DNA of 64,000 nucleotides from the NCBI GenBank assembly GCA_051294375.1, contig CM119270.1, forward strand, positions 21,233,775-21,297,774. Direction: 5' to 3'. The translations under genes were made by a program, and so were the position numbers. Positions 53,314 to 64,000 of this stretch are shown here, in pieces. Each line of letters begins with the position of its first letter. Position 1 is the first letter of the stretch. This stretch comes from Paraspadella gotoi (lineage: Eukaryota > Animalia > Chaetognatha). The notes beneath the pieces are model-generated. The model did not search any database. It was given only the letters and a program-made list of their open reading frames with translations, and was not told the origin of the DNA.

Positions 53314-54357
53314 CATTATGCAAAGTTGTAGAAATAAAAAAAAACTAGTTTGAATGAAACAAAAAACGTCTGAAGGATCTAAAAACTAATTGGGAAATCT
53401 TTATACAAAAGTGTCATATTTACATATTAGCCAATGAAAAAAGACTAACTCTGGTGTTTGCCCTGATTTGGAATTAAAAGCTCAGGGAAAAAAATATTAC
53501 AAAATTTTGTTATTTAAAACGAGTGAAACATAAATTGGGGAAAAAAAATAGAACCAGAAAAAAAAAAGTTGTGGCCGTGAATATGGATAAATATTTATGT
53601 AAATATAAACCTAAAGATGAAAATACTAGTTTAGATATTATAAACCTTTTTTCATTATTTTCCTCTGGAGAGAGAGAGAGAAAGGCGATATTTTAATTTT
53701 TTTAAAGCGAAAAAGAAGAGACACAACAAAATGTACTAAATCTTTTAAGTAAAAAAAAAAATTATACAATTAGCGATTAAAAGAAATAAAAATGAGATAG
53801 TTTAGTGAAAACTAAGTACACTTTGACTGACTGTCCCTTGGCCTTTTTGATACATACATACATACTTGATACATAGTTTAGCAATAACTGAGTAGACTTT
53901 GACTGCCTGTCCCTTGGCTTTTTTGATACATAACGAAGATCTTAGTCGTCAAAAACCTCAAAAACTTGACTTCCAGTTTTCAAGCTCTCAAGTTTTAAAA
54001 ATACATTTTGAGATCAATTATTTCCTTGGAATATAGAATATATCATTTCGACAAAATAACAACTTTCGGTTTTATAAGTTTCATATTTTTTATTAATCAG
54101 ATGAAATATATTTGCAAAAAAAAAAAAAAATTCTTAAAAATGGTCAAATTTGCTTGTTCGATGGATTTGCTTGTAACGGATGCTTGGTTTCGTAGGCGCG
54201 AGATACACATTTTGTTATGAGGAAAAAAATTACTGGCACCGAATTCATTTGTTGTTTATGAATATAGAAGTTCTGAATTTAAAAGGGTTCATATATTCTG
54301 GGTCGGGTCAATTTATTCACCGAAGGTTAATACTAAATTGGAAGAGGAAATGGTGGG

Positions 54358-54403
<46 letters not shown>

Positions 54404-55346
54404 TACTCTAAATAAGGGGAGAGAGGAAGTATAATTAATTCCCTGATGGCCAAAAATGAGCCCATTACAAATTAATATATATATATATGCGCACAATTTT
54501 TTTAGGTTTTGTATTTATTCGGCCTGAGAGAGAAATAGAGACAGAGACAAATCACTGGATAAAAAAGAAAGAGAAAAAAAAAAGTAAATTTGTACAGTAA
54601 AGCCGAGTTTTTGTATTTAGTTTTACGGTGAAGGTATTCACGGTAATATCACAATTAAATTCTTTTTAATATTTGGCTCGCCCGTGACTTTAGCTGACGT
54701 TTCAATAAAAAGTTTGTTTGTTTCATTTCTTTATGAGAAATTAAAAGAAATAAAATTGTTTTTTGTTTTTTGTTTGGCGCGTCAGTCCGTCGCGAACGAT
54801 TTGACTATTTGAGAAGGAGAGACTATTATTACTTGGCCCACTGACTTGTCGATTAAACAAAATAAAAATAATAATAATAATAAACGGGGGATTGTCCAGA
54901 AAAATGATAAAAAGAAAAAACCTCTGACCAAAAAGTTTTGACTATTACGAAAAATAAAATAAAAAAAAAAAGAAAAAAACTATTGCGTTTCTTTTTTTGT
55001 TTTAAATTGAAATCCGGGATGGTCAGAAATGAACCGAGGGGACGGACGGGGACCGGGTCGAAGGTCGAAGGTCGAAGGTCGAAGGTGGGGCAGAATTCGC
55101 AATGGTAACTTATTTTTTCTTCTTTTTTTTTATGATGGGAAATTAAGGTGAGGAAAAAAAGTTTGAGAATAAAATGTATTCCGGTTTTTTCCTTTTTTTT
55201 CCTGTTTTTGAAATCTTTTTTTTTCCAAAATCCAGTTTTTCGTTTTGTTTTTTCTCGATGTGGGATTTTTGTTTCGTTTTATATCCTGGTAGCGACAATG
55301 ACGCCGGCGGACGCCGCCGCCACGACGCCGCCACCACGACGCCGAC

Positions 55347-58300
55347 TCATCTGACGAAGGACGTCAAGGGGGCGTGGCTCGTCGCAGAATGGACGCCGGC
55401 CGCTTTGACTTTGGACGGGGACACGCCCACATCGCGAAGACAGAGTCCGGTGCGAGATTGGAATTGCTCTTTGCAGGTGGACAGACCTGATAGAGAGGGA
55501 GACGGGGGGGAGAAAGAGGGAGAGAGATGGAGACGGGGGGAGAGAGAGGGGGGTGTGGGAGGAATTAAATTATTATTTATTATGATTATTATGATTATTA
55601 TTATTATTATTATTATTATAATTATTATTATTCGAGACTTATAAAAATTCATATAAATGGAGCTGAAAAATTTAACAATATCTTCTCAAGATGACTGTTA
55701 TTATAATGTATTTACATCTTATTAAGCTTTTATTTCTCAACGTATACAGAGAACGGTGCCGAAAGCCAACGGGAGATCATAATGAAAACGGAAGGAGCAC
55801 GAAGGGATTCTCTTAACGAAGTTCGATTGAAAACAAAACGGAGAAATGATAAGCAAAACAAAGGGAAATAATTAGCAAAACAAATAAAAATAAAAACAAG
55901 ATAATTAAGCAGAAAAAAAGAACTAACAGAAATACCAAAAGAAAATCGGGGAAATTATCGAACCAGAAAAAAAAAACTTGTTTCGATCGATAATGATTTG
56001 TTAATCTTTTTTTTATCTCGATTTATAAATCATTCAATTCAATCAATCAATCAGTCAATCAATCAATCAATCATATCAATCATATCGGTCGCGACAAAAA
56101 CTCGTTTTTTTACTTGACAACCATGAACCAAAAAAAAACTTTGGATTTTCATTTGAGCCTCAAAAATGTCAACGACGTAATTTGATAATTTTTTTGTCAA
56201 GAACGAACGATCGAAACCAGAAACTTGTATAATTAAACTTTTCTTAACAATTTCAAGTTGGTCTACAGAAAAATTATTGCATTAATTGAAATAGTACTAG
56301 ACAGTCGAGTTACTTAGATATAGATTAGAATAAATTAGTAATAACTACTAACGGTCAACGGTCAATAAGAAACCTAATATCAAAATGGAGTCAACGAAAA
56401 TAAAGTTCAACACAATAAAATTGGGTCGAACTATTTCATCGTTCAATTGTCATGAAATAAAGACGAAATATGACACGAATCTTTCGTTTCAAGTTTAATT
56501 CTTGCATCATTCCTGATTTCATTTCGTTTGGCAAACAACGCATAAATACACGTGTCACTAGAAAAGAATTAACGATCTCTGATAAGAAAGCTTAAGGCCC
56601 CTGAATGCAAGGGTACTGACACACCGAAGTTGGGATTGGCCAGCGATCAACACTCTTGGAGTGAAAGAGAGAGAGGAGTGAGAAAAGACCGTTAACCGCC
56701 ACGTGGTTGAAAAAGAACAAGTTGATTGACCGATTAAGTTGACAATATTTAAACAAAATTGCAATCTTTACAAGGCCTGTACAAAATATTCAAATACTTT
56801 TTTTAATGAAGAAACAAAAAACTACGGATACAATCAGGCGGGATAAATTAAGCAAAATTATCACTACAAACTTAAGCCCCAAAAAATATTTAAAATTGAC
56901 CAATTATTTAATAAAATTCACTTATTCGTATTTAAATTAATGAATTCAAGATTAATAAAAACAAAATTACTTGAAAATTGAGAAGTAAAAGCCAAATTGC
57001 CAAAATTACCCCCAACTCACATAAGTAGGAAAAATCGATGCGTGGTCGGTCGGTCAACCCACTGATCTGGTTTGATCCAATTTTTAGCCACTTAAAGCAA
57101 AACGGACAGAGAAGGCGGGCAGACGGACGAACGGACGAATAGACAGACCTCGTGGACTTTTGCCAAACTTAAAACTCATAACAATATATAGTTTAAATTG
57201 ATCCCACGAAGAGGTCCCAAGAAATTTGCCAACGCCCAACGCAATCAATCAATCAATCGATCAAGCAATCAATCAAGCACATTCGTTAACCCCGATTCTC
57301 TCGACGGTGGTTGTAAACTAAATCTACTGTCTACTCCAATCAATCGACAGACTACCAATCAATCAATCAATCCGACTCACTTGAAGGTGGTTGTTCCCTG
57401 ATTGGCGACGCCAAAGGCGACGACGACGGCGAAGACGAGTTTGAGATCGCGTTGTTGCTGCTGCTGCTGCTGCTGCTTCCGCTGCTGCCGCCGCTGCTGT
57501 TCGGTCTAGGCGATGAGGACGGACTCAACTCGATTCCGGAATCGTCGGACGCGAGAAACGCCGTCTCTCCGGCGCCGGAAGACGTCGCCCCGCGAAGCCG
57601 AGCCGTCGGTTTCTCCGGCGTCAACGCTCTCGAAGCCACGCCGCCCGATTTAGAGTTTGCCTTCGCCGCCGCCGCCGCCGCCGCCGCCGAAGACGCCAAG
57701 GACGCCGACGTCGCCGCCACGGAAGACGCCGGTTCCGTCTTGGACGCCAACATGTTTTCTTTCTCGGCGCCGAAAAGACAGCAGACGCTGCCTTGTTCTC
57801 CGATGCGATAAGCGACATCTGCGGGATCGATCCACAGCGCCATCTCGACGGGGAGGAAACGCCGAAGGAGGAATTCCGGGATGCCCGCTCGACGGCCCAC
57901 CTTTGGAGAGAAGGGGGGGGAAATGAAATAACATACGTTTATATCAATTCGACTTTTTTGAGAAATAAATCATTTAATATGTATATATCGTTTCAGAACT
58001 GTGGTTTGATATCAATTTGTTTTTTTTATAATCTTGTTTTTTTTTGTTTTTTTTTGATCAAGTGATGATTTTGAATATTTAGTATTTAGTTTTCAATAAG
58101 CGTTTTCGTTAATTTATGATTACCTTCGACGTCCATACTTTGTGCAGCAAGAGGAGATTTGTAGCAAACGACATTTTACCATTTACCATTTTTAGTATTT
58201 TCATTTTATATTATACTATGGTATAATATATGTATATTATATATTATATATATTATAATATATATAATAACTAATGGTCACCTTGAGCAAAAGCGGATCC

Positions 58301-58527
58301 ACTTTTCCGTTCATCGATTGATTGATGATGCAACGATAGCCGCTCCCTCTTAAAGGATGACCCGGATGCCAGTGGCCGCGGAAACGATCGTGCAACGTCT
58401 GACGAAGCAGTCGACCGAATTCGTCCACTTTGTCCACGTTGATGGATTGACGTCCGTTGTAGGCGTGGCTCTTCGATCTTAGAAAGTCGGACAAGAAGCG
58501 AACCGCAGTTTCAATTTCGTCTATCAT
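55347..58527 (-). CDS. BTG: BTG/Tob-family antiproliferative protein, BTG1/2-like, 301 aa; exons 58527-58282, 57900-57381, 55486-55347
   Basis: MIDEIETAVRFLSDFL...; box A FRGHWHPGHPLRGSGYRCI; KVDPLL; box B LPVEMALWIDPADVAYRIGE; box C-like QGSVCCLF. The C-terminal TCKEQ...SPSK resembles the BTG1/2 tail. GT-AG introns in phase 0 and 1 (246+520+140=906 nt). Exon 3 is less certain than exons 1-2. Confidence 0.9.
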
Positions 58528-58538
58528 CTTGGAGGCCG

Positions 58539-60317
58539 TGACGTCATCAAGATATGGGCGTGGAGAATGGTGGACGAGTGTGGGCGAGTGTGGGCGCGCC
58601 CGGGTTTCTGTGTGGAGAGAAGTGTGGGCGATAGTGTGTGGAGGAAGATATTTTTGTTTTGTTTTGAGAGTTCGTTTTATTTTTTATTTTTTTTTTTTTT
58701 TTTGTAGTTGAGAGGAAATTTTTGGAATTGATCGCCTAAAGTTGTCCGTCGGTCCGTTTTTGTGTGAGAGAAATATATGGAGAGAGAGACAAATATTTGA
58801 GAGAATACAGCGTTTTTCGTATAATTTGGTTTTTTTTTCTGAATCCACGTTCGGATTAAAAGTGTTTTTCGATTTTTTTTTAAATGTGTTTCGGCACAAA
58901 GAAAAAAATTATATAAAAAAGAAAATCGGAGATGAAGGAGCGAATTTTATTTTTTTGGATGCGTGGATGAAAAAAAAAAGAAAAACATTGGGTAATGATT
59001 TTTGTATTTAATGTTTTTTTTTTTTTTTTCAATTTTTTTTTAGCAAAAAAAAATGTTTTTTAATGATCTGTACACTAAGATCTAGAAGCGTCTTTGTCGA
59101 AAGAGGCTGTCGGGACAAAGGGCGGAATGTGGAAGGCTGAAGAGAGATGTAGAACGATACGTCTCTCTCTCTCTATCTCTCTCTCTCTTTCTCTTTCTCT
59201 CACTCTTACGACGTCACTGACATAATGATCGAGAACGGACAAATCAGCGAGGAGGAGCTCAACCAATGAGAGAAGAGGCCAGGCCACGTCAGTCCCTGCA
59301 TCGGGCAGAGCGTCGTGTTTCTATTATGCTTTGCCAGGCCGACGGGCTGCTGCCGACAGCTGATATCATGAGATGGGTTATGAAAGGGACACGGATATTA
59401 AAATTAAATAAATGTTAAAAAAATATTAAATATAAAAAAATAATGTATAATCGTAAGGAAGAAATACATATTTCAATGTCAATCAAGAAAATGTTATAAA
59501 GATTTTTACAAAAATGACATTTTATGAATTTAATTTAATTGTTCAATATAAAATTTTACTGTGTTTATTAAATATAAATAATATATGACTTTATTAATTT
59601 ATTTTTTTAATTTAATTATAGTATCATGGTGGACTAAAATCCACCAACATATTTTAGTTCACCATAATATATTAGTTTTTATGATTCTTACGAAATATCC
59701 GAGTTGCCTCTTTATGTTCGTTCGACCCTTTTCTCTCTTTTCTAAACGTCCAACGCAAATGTTAAATCCTTTTAATTCTCTATGAAAAAGTGTCTGACGA
59801 TTTCGAGAAAGATCCAGACTGCAGGAGGATGCCGCTGCAGGACGCCGCTCGAAGCACGGCGACGCCGAGCGACGCCGCCCGTCGCCGTACGCCGCTGCTG
59901 CGGTGGAGAAAGAAAGCAAAAACGAGAAAGATTAAAGAAGAGAGAAAGAAAGAGAGAGAGAGAGAGAGGGTGAACATTCACCCCTTTTTTCCATTTTTTT
60001 TCCTTTCTCTGAAAATCCTCAACGCTCCTTTCTTTCACTCTCTTTGAATAGGGTTGTTCTGCAGGCACTGTTTGCCCAAGCTGTTTCGGTCGAGGAAAAC
60101 AAAGAAAAGAAAGACTTTCTCTTTGTGCTCTTTTTTGCACCTTTTTTTTTCTTGCAATCTTGATTGGATTTTTCTCTGAGCGCAAAACATTTTTAAGCTG
60201 CTTTTCAGTTGACGCTTGCAAAAAAAATAATTTGCAATGTGACAAATTAAAAATATTAAAAGTAAGAAAAGTAAATTTGAATAAATAAAACGAAGCTTTT
60301 GAAAAACTTCCACGTCA
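58539..60317 (-). promoter_or_regulatory. CRE/ATF-like sites and a CCAAT box upstream of BTG
   Basis: TGACGTCA at 58539-58546, CGACGTCA at 59209-59216, CCAAT at 59263-59267, CCACGTCA at 59284-59291 and 60310-60317. Motif matches only. Confidence 0.4.
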
Positions 60318-60422
60318 TCATTTGGAATTGACCGATTTTTTTATTTAGGTTTGCGTTGCTTGAGGTTAAAATCGATAAAAAGGAAGCTAGGATTTCCTTT
60401 CTGAAAAACCTGCTATTAAATA

Positions 60423-60565
60423 TGTTATTTTATAAATTTAATGTATTGCCTGTCAATAATTGTTAGATATCTTGTTATTTTATTAATTTAATGTATCGCC
60501 TGACAAAAATGGTTAGATATCATGTTATTTTATAAATTTAATATATCGCCTGTCAATAATTGTTA
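60423..60565. repeat. 50-bp tandem repeat, about 2.9 copies
   Basis: tgttattttataaatttaatgtattgcctgtcaataattgttagatatc recurs at 60423, 60473 and 60523. Confidence 0.85.
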
Positions 60566-63135
60566 CTGGATACTCGTTGGCTCGTCGCTCGCTAACGGGC
60601 ATCGGCATCATAAACTAAAGAAAGAAATGTCCTTGGACAGATTTTAACTTGCTCTCTCTCTCTCTCTCTCTCACTCATTCGATTTGTGTACTTATTCTAT
60701 GTTTTTTTCGTTGTTTTCTCTTTTTTTTCTTGCTTGACTGGCGACCAAGCTCCTGGGTTTTCCTCTGATTGGTTGATTAGTTTTTTTTATTTCTTTTTCT
60801 TTATTAAATGCCATATTACGTATTCATTCCGTGGAACCGGTTAAAACCGAGCTCTTCTTCGAAACTTCGTCAAAAATCAAAATCCAGTTTTCGAGTCTTT
60901 TGTGTCAAAATCGTGAAATTTCCGTCCGACGTCGAAGCAAAGGTTGAGAATCAAAATAAATGTCGCTCCAAGCTTAAATGCGGCAGCGCTACTCGCTTCC
61001 TTAAGTTATCGAAGAAACATTACAACAAGTAATATAATATCCAAATTTATTGTTAGACATTCCCGAAACTTCAATAAAATTTAAGTTGAAACGGCATTTG
61101 TAAAACACATGATCCATTTCGATTTTTAAATATAACCGATGCTTTTCACCTTCATTCATTATAATAATTCATAAATTTAATTCTGACGATTATAGAAATC
61201 CAAACACAAACCCGAGGTTAACAAAAAAGAGTTTTGAAGGTTTTGAACAATAATTTGCCATTTTTTTCGCTTTCATACAAACATTTTTGTCAATTGTTAA
61301 AAAACTTAAAAAGCAATATCCACCTTCTGCAATATGCAAATGAGAATGATAGTATCAACATTTCTTCAGTTCTCCTTTTTCCCATTCAGTTCTCCTTTGG
61401 ACCTTTCTGTTCTTCTCTTTTCTCTCTTCAGTTCTCCTAATTGCCATTCAGTTCTCCTCTCTTCTCTCTTCAGTTCTCCTCGCGTCTCCATCCAGTTTTT
61501 CGAGCTTTGATGTTTTTTTTCTCGTTTTTAGCGAAATTCGGTTTAGAGCGAATTTTAAATCCAAAGCATCGAAACTCACGTAGCGAATGAAATGACTCGA
61601 GGCGGTGATGCGCCTTGGCTAAGATTATGATGGAGATTAATATGTTACGAGAGAGAGAGAGAGAGAGAGAGAAGAGAAGAGAAGAGAAGAGAAGAGAAGA
61701 GAAGAGAAGAGAAGAGAAGAGAAGAGAAATAGAAACGCAGAAAGCTGGACAGACAAACGGAAGAGACAGACAAAAACAGAGGCTTAAATAGAAAGAGAGT
61801 GAAAGAGATAAATAGAAAGACAGATAAACGAATACTGAGACTGACAGACAAACAGTCAGAGAAAGAAAGAGACAGAGAAAGAAAAAAAAGAAAGAAAGCA
61901 ATAAAAGAAAGAAAGCGAACCGAGAGAAAGACTCGTATTCCCAAATGAAAAGAGATTTGAATATCAAAACCGAGGAGGGTAAAGAAAGGCTTCCTTTATT
62001 TCCCTTTTCCTTTATTCCTTCCTTTCCCTTTCTATTCTTAGAGGAAAAAGGTTTTATTTCCCCTCAGTGATTTTCAGCGTCGATTTCATCCTTATTTCGA
62101 AAAAAGTCGATTTCATTCTTATTTCGAAAAACCTCTAAATTTGTTTCAATTTCTTTTATTCTTTTACTTTTCTTTTTCCTTCTCTTTCTTTTCTTTTTTA
62201 TCTTTCTTACACTTTTTTTCCTTTTCTTTAATTATTTTATTTGATTTTACTTCACTTTTTTTCTTTTTCTTTCCTATTTTTCATTTCTTCCTTTTTTTAT
62301 TACTTTTTTGGTTTTCTACTTTTTTCCCCCAACTTTGTCATTAAATTTCTTCCCCTAGTAATTTACAATTTATGCTTCATTCTGTCTTTCTTTAATTATT
62401 CCGTCTTTCTTTAATCTTTCTTATTTCTTTCCGTCTGTTAAGTCACGTCTTTTTTATTATTTTTTATTTCTCTCTTTCTTTCACAACGATAATGGCAAAA
62501 AACAAATGTTTTGACCGAGATAAGCAAGATGGTGAACTTCCTTTGTAAATAAATTCTCACCAAAAAATAAGTGAAATTCGCGTCGATATTTACAGCGTTT
62601 ATGTCAAGTTGGTAGGAATTAATGTCAACTGATGTGACTTGGCATGACAAACTGTAAAGCGAAAGGAGAGAGAGAGAGAGAGAGAAGAGAAGGAAGAAGT
62701 AGGAGAGAGAGAGAGAGAAGAGAGAAAAGAGGGATAGTTTCAAAACAAGACACGAAAAGTTGCGTTGAAATAAGTTTTACGAGGTAGCATTGAAACTAAA
62801 ATATTAGAGTCAATTAAGATATTAAACTCGTAAATAGTACTATTGAAACAGTAAAAAAATAGTCATTTCATTGTTAGGAAAACTGACTGTGAGAAAGCTT
62901 GTAAGAATTATTTTGGTATTATCAGGGGCAAAAGAGCTTATTTACGGAATGAATGGATTAATTTTTATATTGGTATATTTACATAAAAACATTTTGTAAT
63001 ATATACATATTTATAAAAGAAAATTACAGTGAAAGTCAATTAAGTTAGTAATTTTATTAACTTGATAAATCCCTTATTTTTTTGGTCAAAATGGAAAAAG
63101 TCTAATATGATATGACGCAAGAGAAATACGATAAC

Positions 63136-63190
<55 letters not shown>

Positions 63191-64000
63191 TTTTTCTCGT
63201 TGGCGTCTCGCTCTCGCTCCGGCAAGTCCGGTTTGAGTCGGGACTTGTCTCTCTTCGCCTTCTTACGTATTTCGCCCCTCGAAAAGTAGGACGATTTAGA
63301 GAGAGAGAGGGAGAGAGAGAGAAGGAGAGAGAGAGAATCGGGTCATCGAAATAAAAAGAAAGTTTAAATTTTATAATTTCTTATCTTGTTAGTAAAAAGA
63401 GAAGTAAAACCGATAAGATAAAACTAATTCATTCATCCAGCATTTTGTTTTGTTTTGTTTTGTTCTGTAATTGAGAAACATTCATGTAAATAATTGTGAT
63501 CTTGTGTTGTATTTACGACGTCGGTACACAACGCCTAAATGTTTTTATTAATAAAATTAATTGTTTTAACCATTTTTTTTCTCCTGTTACATTTTTTCAT
63601 TTCATGTTAAGAAATCCTGTCAGCTTTTCTTTCCTTCAGTCTATATGAGTTTCTGTTTGTTTTTTTTTGTTTTTTTTTCTCATTCGTGTTTATCTCTGTT
63701 TTGTCTCTAGTTTTTCTCTGTTTTGTTTTTTCTTTTTTTCTTTTCCAATTCGTTTCGTTTCTTCGTCGTCATCGAGTTTCTTGTTTTTCCAAACACACAC
63801 TCTCTCTCTCTTGTTTTGTTTGTTCCTAAGCAAACAGGTCGGCGTTTAACTAATTAAAACTAAATTACAAGATGGCTATTCGATTTTAATAGTTTTCTCA
63901 TTTTTCGAAACGTCTTTCGAATTAACCTGCTGCGAACGATAAATAAACTATGCAATTAAATCGTCAAATGAAGTTCCTTTAATTAAATTCTCTCCTCTCT

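Noticed and set aside
56600-56690. Extra BTG exon after a pyrimidine tract in intron 2
   Set aside because: In the required phase it hits a stop after two codons (A|AG TGT TGA). Exon 2 joins cleanly to 55486 and yields a BTG1/2-like tail.

Overview
AT-rich, (GA)n-microsatellite-laden animal genomic DNA, probably from a protostome invertebrate (inferred from the Na,K-ATPase beta sequence; not assignable further). Three spliced genes can be reconstructed in full: Rab7 (+, 4 coding exons, 207 aa), a Na+/K+-ATPase beta subunit (+, 6 coding exons, 295 aa) and a BTG1/2-like antiproliferative gene (-, 3 coding exons, 301 aa). There is also one orphan low-complexity ORF of about 500 aa. Much of the window is probably gap-filling artefact: indel-riddled direct and inverted copies sit beside four 25-N gaps (1-11.8 kb and 26.6-50.3 kb). 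The most interesting signal is two unrelated families of small interspersed elements that both consist of a tRNA-like Pol III head fused directly to a circularly permuted (type-P5) twister-ribozyme-like fold, with compensatory base pairing between the families. One family has TG...CA ends and 4-bp target duplications, like a solo LTR or retrozyme rather than a SINE. All structures were aligned by eye and none is computationally or experimentally verified.
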